Positions 38,832-49,364 of a DNA stretch of 64,000 nucleotides are shown one piece after another. A program made the position numbers and the translations under genes. How positions within the stretch are numbered: position 1 is the stretch's first letter; each line of letters starts with the position of its first letter. The notes beneath the pieces are model-generated. The model searched no databases. It saw only the letters and a program-made list of their open reading frames with translations, and was not told the DNA's origin. Source of the DNA: Macrostomum lignano (lineage: Eukaryota). The stretch is from contig NIVC01000137.1 of the NCBI GenBank assembly GCA_002269645.1, forward strand, positions 62,001-126,000, written 5' to 3'.

Positions 38832-39023
38832 CAGTAGCAATTATTTGTTCAAACAGAACTCATTTTCTTGAATTAAATTTACTTAAAACAATCAATAGCG
38901 TAATATTTTATTTCATTTTTCAGGATTGGATTTCGGCTGTAATGGAAATGATATCTGGTAATCTTGTTTTTTAATTTTTTATTACTGTTTTTCAGTAGCA
39001 ATTACTGTTTGATATTTAAGCAC

Positions 39024-39118
39024 ATGATGACACTTGAACATTAGAACGTAATTATTATTAAACACCTAACAAGTGACTTATTAGTTTTACGAATTGATAA
39101 TAACACCCAGCTCTCTGA
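39024..39118 (+). ncRNA. Box C/D snoRNA family B copy 1 (28S C equivalent to yeast Cm2948, snR69-type)
   Basis: ATGATGA...TAACACCCAGCTC-T-CTGA. The core is complementary to 28S GAGCUGGGU; D+5 pairs with the C of GAGCUG. Confidence 0.82.
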
Positions 39119-39805
39119 AGCAATGTTTAGAACCCCACCTAGTACTAATACACCTATTTTAAAGAAATTAGCTCATCGAAATTTCATGCACTGCCGTTAT
39201 TTTTGTTACAGGTCGCAGTTTTAAGACCAGTTTGTGTGTAAAAGATCAAGTTACTGCTTAAATTGCACGTCATAGGGTAAGTGTAATTTCTTTCCTAATA
39301 ACTGTTATTAATTATTGAACTTTTTGCATCAGTTTTCCACTAAAGCTTTGTGAGAGTAAAAGATTTATCGATTTTATGGTCGACCGTCCCTATCTAAACC
39401 CCACCTCACTCCGCTAACCCTATCTTACTGTAGCAAGCGAGTGTGGAATCGGGATGGGTAAGAGAGCTTTATCGATTTTCTCGCTGGCGTCTTAACCCCA
39501 CCAATTCCCTATCTTATCTGCCCCCACCATTAGCCCCACCAGCTAACAGCCCCCAAGGCACGGAGTGAGTCAGTGTTGTTATCGATTTTCTGGTTGGTCG
39601 CCCCAAGCCAAGCCCCACCCCATTTTTAGGTTTTTTGTGCCCACTAGCGTTACTTTATCGGCATATAGCTTTTGACTGGTTTTAAAGTGACAACAACCTC
39701 CATTCCCCATAATACGTACGGGGTTAATTTCCCCCTTTGCGTATCTGAAACTCTAATACGTTTTTTTTTGGTAATGTTTAATTTATTGTACTCGTAGATT
39801 TGCTG

Positions 39806-39873
39806 ATGATGAATTTTTTAACAATAAATGATCGCAATGTGATTGCAATCCAAAGCTGATTTAATGAGACTGA
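39806..39873 (+). ncRNA. snoRNA family A copy 3
   Basis: C box 39806, same guide, D box 39870, terminal stem TGCT/AGCA. Confidence 0.9.
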
Positions 39874-40064
39874 AATAGCATTTCTGTGTTGGTAAAATTT
39901 TTTTCGCAAGTATTTATTTGAAATTCACATGCTGTTACGCTACAGCTCTGCAATTCGTTCCAATTTTAGATGTGTTGATGATGAAGTACTTCTATTTAAT
40001 CGTCGATGGTAAGCTTGACCCGTGTTATTTTTGGAAGCTACTGTACTCCGTTCGGTATTAAAGA

Positions 40065-40148
40065 ATGATGACATTCGAACATTCGATAGCAATGGACACT
40101 TTTAGTGGCTCATTGTTTTCAAAGTGATAATAACACCCAGCTCTCTGA
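40065..40148 (+). ncRNA. snoRNA family B copy 2
   Basis: C box 40065, ACCCAGCTCT-CTGA with D box 40145, internal CAATG/CATTG stem. Confidence 0.82.
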
Positions 40149-40343
40149 ATAGTGATTTTATACTTGGTTTTTGAATGTGAATTTTGTTTTATTTGAAATT
40201 TGGAGCATTACAGTCGCCTTTGCATTTGCAGGCCTTGAAATCGAGAAAAAATTATCATGAGAGATTACCATGGTTCATGACATCGACTAGGTAAGAATGC
40301 AAGTGTGAAATAGTAGTACTCATTTTATTTTTAAAACATTTTT

Positions 40344-40407
40344 AGGATGAATTTATATTTCATGAATATTTTTGTGATTAACACAAAAGCTGATTTAATG
40401 AGACTGA
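40344..40407 (+). ncRNA. snoRNA family A copy 4 (variant C box AGGATGA)
   Basis: Guide and D box (40404) intact. Confidence 0.8.
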
Positions 40408-40604
40408 CAATTCTTTATACGAGCTTAGATTAGGAGTTGGAAGTTGTTAATATCGTTGCCACTGAACTATTCTTTTTTTACTATTGCAGACCTCAGTGTT
40501 CATTTCGAGAAGATTCTGCGAAAGTCAATAAAATTGATCTACTGTAAGTAGTTAGTTCGATCATACGTTTCGTTGTATTTTTAACTACGATATTTTTTCC
40601 AAAT

Positions 40605-40672
40605 ATGATGACCTTTGAACATTTGAATGCAGGATTCCATCCGACTATTTGATATTAACCCCAGCTCTCTGA
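40605..40672 (+). ncRNA. snoRNA family B copy 3
   Basis: C box 40605; TAACCCCAGCTCT-CTGA. Confidence 0.82.
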
Positions 40673-40877
40673 ACTTTCGTTGAACTTATATTTTTGTACT
40701 TTTGATTTGGCTACATGCACTTTTCGTAACCTAAAAAATTGATCTTAATAAACAAACGTTTCTATTTTTAGACTTGCTGAAAACACAACTTTGACTGGAA
40801 ATTGGCTAAAGTGTAAGCAATAGCTCTTATTTTTGTTTTATTTTATTATACATTTTTAATTCAGCAAAATAAAAAAT

Positions 40878-40962
40878 ATGATGAAAATCGAACAGTTGAC
40901 TAAAGTTCATCGTACAAGCGTATGGTGTACTTTTATCTTTGATATCAACCCCAGCTCTCTGA
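40878..40962 (+). ncRNA. snoRNA family B copy 4
   Basis: C box 40878; CAACCCCAGCTCT-CTGA. Confidence 0.82.
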
Positions 40963-41139
40963 GAATTACACAGTATTATAAAGCTTTGAAAGCAATTTAA
41001 AATACTTAAATTAAATTTGATATACCAAATATACATGGCTGTTCATTTTTCAGATCGCACAGGAGCCTTATTTATTTCTCGATTGCTCTTGTAACAAGTA
41101 AGTTCATAATTTATTTAAATATCAAAACCAACTATCAAT

Positions 41140-41208
41140 ATGATGATACTCTAATAAATATTTGATCACAACCGTGACCTTACACTAAAGCTGATTTAAT
41201 GAGACTGA
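41140..41208 (+). ncRNA. snoRNA family A copy 5
   Basis: C box 41140, guide, D box 41205. Confidence 0.9.
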
Positions 41209-41404
41209 TAATTTGCTCTATGTGATAATATTACTTAATGATATCTACATTTCTCGTACATTTTCTCATGATAATTTTTTCTCTATTTATTTTAGAACTA
41301 ATTAATTGAAGCTGAACTCGAATATGGGAATTTCAAGATGATATCAGTAAGTATAAAATGATTTTTTAATCATGAAAAAAATTAGAGTTATTAAATGGTT
41401 GAAA

Positions 41405-41476
41405 ATGATGAAAGATTTACATAGTTGAGTGATTATTTTTCTGATGATCATTCGAAAGCTGATTTAATGAGGCTGA
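41405..41476 (+). ncRNA. snoRNA family A copy 6
   Basis: C box 41405; AGCTGATTTAATGAG-G-CTGA. Confidence 0.88.
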
Positions 41477-42149
41477 AAATTGTCAACACATTCATATTTA
41501 TTTTTATCTTTTCGCGTCAAAGTTTGTTTTTAACAAGTGATTTTTAACATCAATTTTAGATGGAAACTAATCTCAACAGTTTAAGTAAGTGACATACTAA
41601 TAACTTGAAAGTAATTTAATACTGTACAACTCCATGTTTTTGGTATTAAGAAGATTCAAAAATCCGCTTGAATGCTTAGCAAAACAGCTTTCTACATTCA
41701 CTACAGTAGTAGAGAAGAATACATAAGCTATTTTAGAAAAATAAAGGCAGCTAAAATGACTTTGATAAGTTTAGAAGCCCACAAGCTTGCATGCGTAAAC
41801 AGCTTGCTAATTGGTTCAGCAATGATGTACATTAGCCAGTCCGCTTAAATGTACATAGCAGCTTTAGGCTGGATTTGCGAGAAATCAATGAAAATTGGGG
41901 CGGGCGGGGGGTAGTGTGAAAAGGCGCCGTTGGAAGGTTTACGCTCTTGGGGAGGGGTAAGAGCCAATAAATAAGCCTTGGCTTTAAAAATACATTAAAA
42001 TGCTTCCGTTTAACTTACTACTGAACTGAAAGTAGCTTGCACGCAAATGTGCTGAGTGGCCCATCCTGTGGTTTGTGCACGAAAATTGACCAGTCCAGGG
42101 GCTGTCGTGCGATTCACTTTAAAACGTTACTTTTGCACAAAAACAACTT

Positions 42150-42251
42150 ATGATGACAATTGAACATTTGAACTGCTTTAGTGCTAGACAAATATTAAGC
42201 ATATTTGTTTATCCAAAAGCAAAAAATTGCAATTAAACCCCAGCTCTCTGA
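42150..42251 (+). ncRNA. snoRNA family B copy 5
   Basis: C box 42150; TAAACCCCAGCTCT-CTGA. Confidence 0.82.
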
Positions 42252-42440
42252 CACTATTTGTTTTTATATTATTATTTCAAGACCTATTGGATTTCTTAGA
42301 ATGCTTAACTTTTCGTCAAAAATTTTGTCATTTCAGATTTTCCTTGTGAAATTTTCGGTCTTCTGTTCCAAGTTATAAAGTAAGCATTACGAAACTATCT
42401 TTATAGATTTAGTTGTTAAGCATTTTCACGTTCCAAACAC

Positions 42441-42542
42441 ATGATGAAACTTGAACATTTGAGACCGGATTGTAGCAAATTCTTTTAAAAAGTTTTTGTA
42501 CTTTCGCGGTGTACTTATTTGAAATTAACCCCAGCTCTCTGA
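42441..42542 (+). ncRNA. snoRNA family B copy 6
   Basis: C box 42441; TAACCCCAGCTCT-CTGA; terminal CAC/GTG stem. Confidence 0.82.
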
Positions 42543-42684
42543 GTGCGTGTTTATCAGTTTTGAATGTTTCATTATATTAGATATCGGTGCAAACTGTTTT
42601 AATATTTCTTATCATCATTTTGCCTTTCAGATTGAACTCCAGGCAGCAAACAGCGGGAATAAAGAAGTTTATAGGATGTGGTAG

Positions 42685-43255
42685 AATGTACTTTTCATCT
42701 CATAAACTGTAGATTGTACTTTTCATCTCATAGAGTTAGAGTGTACTTTTCATCTCATAGAGTTAGAGTGTACTTTTCATCTCATAGAGTTAGAGTGTAC
42801 TTTTCATCTCATAGAGTTAGAGTGTACTTTTCATCTCATAAAGTTAGAGTGTACTTTTCATCTCATAGAGTTAGAGTGTACTTTTCATCTCATAGAGTTA
42901 GAGTGTACTTTTCATCTTATAGAGTTAGAGTGTACTTTTCATCTCATAGAGTTAGAGTGTACTTTTCATCTCAGAGTTAGAGTGTACTTTTCATCTCAGA
43001 GTTAGAGTGTACTTTTCATCTCAGAGTTAGAGTGTACTTTTCATCTCAGAGTTAGAGTGTACTTTTTATCTCAGAGTTAGAGTGTACTTTTCATCTCAGA
43101 GTTAGAGTGTACTTTTCATCTCAGAGTTAGAGTGTACTTTTCATCTCATAGAGTTAGAGTGTACTTTTCATCTCATAGAGTTAGAGTGTACTTTTCATCT
43201 CATAGAGTTAGAGTGTACTTTTCATCTCATAGAGTTAGAGTGTACTTTTCATCTG
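42685..43255. repeat. 27/25-bp minisatellite GTGTACTTTTCATCTC(AT)AGAGTTAGA between the host-gene polyA site and the SET gene
   Basis: Tandem units. Confidence 0.96.
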
Positions 43256-43390
43256 ATAGTCGCATAGTGTGTAGATAATGCTTTTCGACTCAGTTTGTAG
43301 AATGTACTTTTTAGTTTCTAGAATGTGTTAAATTTACTTTTCAGTTTAAAAAGATCCTACTAAAAATTTTTTTTCACACTTAATTTCCAG

Positions 43391-44279
43391 CAATCAACAA
43401 TTGATGCAGCTGTTTCTCGTCTCAGTGGCGGTCGCCTGCGTGTAGCCGAGTTTCCATTGGTTGCCAAAAGCAACAACAATGGCTTCGTTAGCACGACGGA
43501 AGCCAACAGCAACGGATTGTTGCGTGGTCTGCAAGCAACCAGAGACATTGCTTGCGGAGAGCCTCTGATGACCATTCCTGTAGACATGATGCTGCTTCCG
43601 CCTCCTGTGCCGAAGCCTGTGCAATCGGTATTGATGCGGCTTTCCACCGCACTGTTTAGTCATCTTTCAATGCCTGCCACTGAGGGCGGCGGCAGTCTCA
43701 CAGACATTAGAGCTTGTATACTTAATTCCACCTCATCCTTAACGCCTCCGTCAGCCTCCAATGAGGTGCTGCAAGTTGCCAAGAGCGTCGAGTCGCGTAT
43801 GTTATTGAAAAATCGATTAGATGAAGCTAAAGAGAGGCTGGGTTACGCAACCGATTTGCTGATTGATCGGCTGGCTGCGCTGGCTTCTGATTGGCTGGCC
43901 GCTGCGCCTGCAGATGCGCTGCAGTACAATGGACATCAAATGTGGCTGGCTTGCTGCTATTGGACTAATACGAGGTTTGTGTCTGCGGGCTAAGCTATGT
44001 TGCTGTGACTGAGTGCAGACTGATCGCTGTAGCTAGCTGTCTGTCTGTCTGTCTGTCTGTCTGTCTGCCTGTCCGTCTCACTGTCTGTCTGTCTATGTTT
44101 CCGTCTGCTGTGTCTGTCTGCCTGTTCCTGTCTGTCTGTCGGTCTGTCGGCTGTCTGTCTGTCTGTCTGTCTGCCTGCCTGTCCATCTGCCTGTCTGCCC
44201 GCCTGCCTGCCTGTCTGCCCGTTTGCCTGCCTGTCTGTCTGTCTGTCCATCTGTCTGTCTGTGTGTCTGTTTGTGTGTG

Positions 44280-44322
<43 letters not shown>

Positions 44323-44327
44323 GTGTG

Positions 44328-44397
<70 letters not shown>

Positions 44398-44398
44398 G

Positions 44399-44433
<35 letters not shown>

Positions 44434-45233
44434 CATCTGTCTGCCTGCCTGCCTGTCTGTCTGTCTGTCTGTCTGTCTGTGTCTGTCTGAGTTTCGTCAC
44501 TGTCTGTTTGCTGATCCAATCTCTCGCCGCCCACAGGGTGGTCCACTGCCCCGGCCTGAACCGGCCCGCCCTAGTCCCGTACTTCGATCTGTTCAACCAC
44601 TCGCCAGCCGTGTCCGCGGTGACTTCATTCAACACCGAGACGCGCTCTCTAGTGCTGACCACTGAAACAGCTTATCAAGCTGGCGACCAGGTCTATATTA
44701 ACTACGGTAACCATAGCAACTTGACGCTACTATTGGAATACGATTTTGTTCTCGAGTCGACTAATCCTACTGAGCACGATTGCGTGCCTGTGGGTTTGAG
44801 CAATATAGCAGATGTACTGTCTGCTAAACAGCAGGACATTGTTGACTTCTTGAACCAGCTTGCCCATATTGGCATGTGCCCTCCGGCTGATGCACTTTTA
44901 TCCGATCGTCTGTTGCTGTTAAAGTACATTCATTTGTCTGTTGACGGGCCAAGCTACTATCTGCTATTGCTGCTCGTGTTTCTTTCTGAATCAACGGACA
45001 GGCGTCTTGTTGATATTGTACACTCCATGAGCGAAGATCAGCTGACGAATTGCGTTCGACGTCAACTCCGATTGATGTACAAAGCGTTAAAGATTGAACT
45101 ACTTCGCGATCGGAATTGGCTTGTTAAACTGGCTATGGAATCTCATCATGAGATTTGTAGGCTAATTAGTAACTGTGTTCAACTGATTGACATCTGGTGC
45201 AATATTGTCAACTGTTTGATTGATGGCCAGTGA
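43391..45233 (+). CDS. SETD4: SET-domain lysine methyltransferase, SETD4-like; exons 43391-43974, 44537-45233; no in-frame ATG before the SET-N motif
   Basis: [26 protein letters not shown]|[34 protein letters not shown]. Phase-2 intron filled with (CTGT)n. Orthology versus SETD3/SETD6 was not tested. Confidence 0.8.
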
Positions 45234-45454
45234 CTCTCTCTGGCCATTTAACAATCTCTGGCCATTCTCTGGCCATTGAAAGTGCTTTTTAACAATTTAT
45301 TGTGCATAAATAAACATTAGATCGTTTGTTTTTGAGTCCATTTTATAAAAATAAAGGTATGTACATGAATTCTGTTTAATTTATTCGCGGTTTCTAAGAG
45401 ATTATATTATTTCATAGAAAAAGCTAAATTTACCTTCTTGGAAGCATCTCCAAG

Positions 45455-47130
45455 TCTTTCTTAGAAATATCTCCGAGTCTGTCATCTTTCTTAGAAATAT
45501 CTCCAAATCTGTCATTTTTCTTAGAAATATCTCCAAATCTGTCATTTTTCTTAGAAATATCTCCAAATCTGTCATTTTTCTTAGAAATATCTCCAAATCT
45601 GTCATTTTTCTTAGAAATATCTCCGAGTCTGTCATCTTTCTTAGAAATATCTCCAAATCTGTCATTTTTCTTAGAAATATCTCCAAATCTGTCATTTTTC
45701 TTAGAAATATCTCCAAATCTGTCATTTTTCTTAGAAATATCTCCAAATCTGTCATTTTTCTTAGAAATATCTCCGAGTCTGTCATCTTTCTTAGAAATAT
45801 CTCCAAATCTGTCATTTTTCTTAGAAATATCTCCAAATCTGTCATTTTTCTTAGAAATATCTCCAAATCTGTCATTTTTCTTAGAAATATCTCCAAATCT
45901 GTCATTTTTCTTAGAAATATCTCCAAATCTGTCATTTTTCTTAGAAATATCTCCAAATCTGTCATTTTTCTTAGAAAAATCTCCAAATCTGTCATCTTTC
46001 TTAGAAATATCTCAAAATCTGTCATCTTTCTTAGAAATATCTCCGAGTCTGTCATCTTTCTTAGAAATATCTCCAAATCTGTCATTTTTCTTAGAAATAT
46101 CTCCAAATCTGTCATTTTTCTTAGAAAAATCTCCAAATCTGTCATCTTTCTTAGAAATATCTCAAAATCTGTCATCTTTCTTAGAAATATCTCCGAGTCT
46201 GTCATCTTTCTTAGAAATATCTCCAAATCTGTCATTTTTCTTAGAAATATCTCCAAATCTGTCATTTTTCTTAGAAATATCTCCAAATCTGTCATTTTTC
46301 TTAGAAATATCTCAAAATCTGTCATCTTTCTTAGAAATATCTCCGAGTCTGTCATCTTTCTTAGAAATATCTCCAAATCTGTCATTTTTCTTAGAAATAT
46401 CTCCAAATCTGTCATTTTTCTTAGAAATATCTCCAAATCTGTCATCTTTCTTAGAAATATCTCCGAGTCTGTCATCTTTCTTAGAAATATCTCCGAGTCT
46501 GTCATCTTTCTTAGAAATATCTCCAAATCTGTCATTTTTCTTAGAAATATCTCCAAATCTGTCATTTTTCTTAGAAATATCTCCAAATCTGTCATTTTTC
46601 TTAGAAATATCTCCGAGTCTGTAATCTTTCTTAGAAATATCTCCGAGTCTGTCATCTTTCTTAGAAATATCTCCAAATCTGTCATTTTTCTTAGAAATAT
46701 CTCCAAATCTGTCATTTTTCTTAGAAATATCTCCAAATCTGTCATCTTTCTTAGAAATATCTCCGAGTCTGTCATCTTTCTTAGAAATATCTCCAAATCT
46801 GTCATTTTTCTTAGAAATATCTCCAAATCTGTCATTTTTCTTAGAAATATCTCCAAATCTGTCATTTTTCTTAGAAATATCTCCAAATCTGTCATTTTTC
46901 TTAGAAATATCTCCAAATCTGTCATCTTTCTTAGAAATATCTCCGAGTCTGTCATCTTTCTTAGAAATATCTCCAAATCTGTCATTTTTCTTAGAAATAT
47001 CTCCAAGTCTGTCATTTTTCTTAGAAATATCTTCAAATCTGTCATCTTTCTTAGAAATATCTCCGAGTCTGTCATCTTTCTTAGAAATATCTCCGAGTCT
47101 GTCATCTTTCTTAGAAAAATCTCCAAGTCT
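45455..47130. repeat. 30-bp minisatellite TCTGTCATTTTTCTTAGAAATATCTCCAAA (~55 units)
   Basis: Tandem units; accounts for the 635-aa minus ORF. Confidence 0.98.
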
Positions 47131-47212
47131 GCCAAGTCTATCATGGTAGTAATAGTAGAAATATAATATAATAGAAATAAAAAAGAAATAAATTCTTTCT
47201 TTAATGTGTTGC

Positions 47213-49364
47213 ATGTCGAACAGCAAGTCCAACTCAAACGCAGCCGCCAGCAAGCGCAGCGGAGGAGGCGGCAGCGATATAGTTGACAGTCTGGGCAGTA
47301 CGGCCACAAACGAGCGAATTCTGAAAGAGTGCCACCATCTATATGCTAACGAAGAGAATGGCCTGGCAAAGCTGGCCCAGCTAGTCAATGTGAAACTGTT
47401 GCCACCGAGGAAGAAAATCACAGTCTTATTGATTGGCAATCACTCCGCCGGGAAGAGCGCCTTTATCAATTGGTATATTGAGAAACAGATCCAGAAGGAA
47501 GGCGTTGCCATAGAGACGCAGGGTATCACCATAGTAACACAGGGTAAACGCCGAGAATCGCTTAGTGGCAACGCCACGTTGCACCTGTTTCCTCAGCTGG
47601 CTCCGCTAGCAAAATTTGACGGCGTAGTGTCGAATCTGAGCACAGAGCTGTGCGACAGCATTGCTAAAAGATTCGCTCTCGTGACCTTTATTGACACGCC
47701 CGGTCTAGTCGACGGCTCAATGTCGTACGCGTTCGACGTGAACCGGGTGCTGCTTTGGCTGGCTGTTCAAGCCGATTTAGTGTTCGCCTTTTTTGACCCC
47801 ATCGGTCAGGCGCTGTGCAAGCGCACTATGCAGATCCTGGCAGATATTGGCGATAGGATCGATCGCGACAGAATCGTCTTCTTTTTAAGTAAAGCCGACG
47901 AGAGCGGCGACGAAACTGACAGACAGCGCGTGCTGATGCAGATCACCCAGGAGGTGTGCAAATGGCCGTCTCTAAATCGGACCTGCTTCGACATTCACAC
48001 CATCTACAATCCCAATCGGGCCAAGCCGACTCGTTGCGTCAATCAGATCGACGAAGCCGCCAAAACTATTGACAAGGCTATTCAGATGACGCTGCAGCAT
48101 ACTCTGAATGCACTTGAGCACGATTGCAAGGTTAGAAAAAACTTATGTGTTCAGTCATCTTCCAAGTGATCTTATATGGAGCCATTGTCTTCAAGATGCT
48201 CATAGATTGAGCCATTGTCTTCAAGATGCTCATAGATCTAGCCATTGTCTTCAAGATGCTCATAGATTGAGCCATTGTCTTCAAGATGCTCATAGATCTA
48301 GCCATTGTCTTCAAGATGCTCACAGATTGAGCCATTGTCTTCAAGATGCTCATAGATTGAGACTTTGTCTTCAAGATGCTCATAGATTGAGACATTGTCT
48401 TCAACATGCTCATAGATTCAGACATTGTCTTCAAGATGCTCATAGATTGAGCGATTGTCTTCAAGATGCTCACAGATTGAGCGATTGTCTTCAAGATGCT
48501 CATAGATTGAGCGATTGTATTCAAGATGCTCATAGACTGAGCCATTGTCTTCAAAATGATTATAGATTGAGCCATCGTCCTCAAGATTCTCATACTCAAG
48601 ATTAGTAGATTGAGACATTGTCTTCAAGATGCTCATAGACTGAGGCATTGTCTTCCAGTTGGTCAGAGATTGATCTATTATCTTCCTGTTGCTTTCAAGA
48701 TCCTGTTATCCATGCTTCGGCGCAACCTAGGGATTCACCCGTTTCTATTGGCAACACACACATGTAAGTCGCTATTGGACGGAATAGTAGTCACGTGACT
48801 GCTCTCAACCAATAGCGACTTACATGTGTGTGTGTTGCCAATAGAAACGGCCGAGTGATTCCCAAGGTTGCGCATGTATGCAGTGTTATCGATCGAGACG
48901 CAGCCTGTCAACCCCTCCCCTCCCCCCAGTTGATCTCGCGTCGCTGCCACGAAGACATCGCCGCCGACGCCGCCCGCGGTCGCGCCAACTGCGGCGCCAG
49001 ATTTCGCTTCCTGCTATTCAGCCTGCTGGCCCTCGTGCTGCCCGTACTGCTCGCCATTTGCGTCTCCCAACCTGTTGCTATCCAGTTGCTAGGCTATTCG
49101 ACTCCGTTGCACGACTTTCTTGTGCCGCTCTATCGACGCTTTCCGGCCGAGTACAGTTCGCACCTGTTCGGCGGGGTGGCCGCTGTCGCCCTGTTCTGCT
49201 TTGTCCTCGCCCGCCTGTGCGGCCGCACCGCCAAGCGGCTCACCAGGGCTGAGCGGCGCCGCCTCGGCCAGGTCAGCGATCACGTGACCGGCTTTGTGGA
49301 AGCCCAGCGGAAGGAGCTGTACACCGCCTATTTGAAGCAGAGCGTGAAAGACTCCGACTTTTGA
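47213..49364 (+). CDS. Uncharacterised dynamin/EHD-like P-loop GTPase with two C-terminal TM segments; exons 47213-48130, 48930-49364
   Basis: G1 GNHSAGKS, G2 ET, G3 DTPG, G4-like SKAD. Hydrophobic segments FLLFSLLALVLPVLLAICV and LFGGVAAVALFCFVLA. Phase-0 junction. Confidence 0.85.
48180..48655. repeat. 30-bp minisatellite GAGCCATTGTCTTCAAGATGCTCATAGATT in the GTPase intron
   Basis: Tandem units. Confidence 0.95.

Larger units (their letters stand above)
38236..42670 (+). ncRNA. Non-coding snoRNA host gene (GAS5/UHG-like); exons ~38236-38278, 38660-38702, 38924-38957, 39212-39276, 39970-40008, 40232-40290, 40490-40543, 40772-40812, 41054-41097, 41296-41346, 41560-41584, 42337-42379, 42631-polyA (AATAAA 42658-42663)
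   Basis: Regular 25-65 nt exons with polypyrimidine-AG acceptors and mostly GTAAG donors, no coherent ORF in the joined exons, and a C/D snoRNA in every intron. The 5' end is unresolved. Confidence 0.85.

Noticed and set aside
39978-39984. ATGATGA as a further C box
   Set aside because: It lies in a predicted exon (39970-40008) followed by a GTAAG donor, with no D box before the next snoRNA.
41820-41860. ATGATGT plus GCTTAAAT (8-nt complement to the 28S 5' region)
   Set aside because: The C box is non-canonical and there is no adjacent D/D' box.
45402-47439. 635-aa and 375-aa minus-strand ORFs (DLEIFLRKMT / DRFGDISKKN repeats)
   Set aside because: They are translations of a stop-free 30-bp minisatellite, antisense to the SETD4-GTPase intergenic region, with no splice or domain support.
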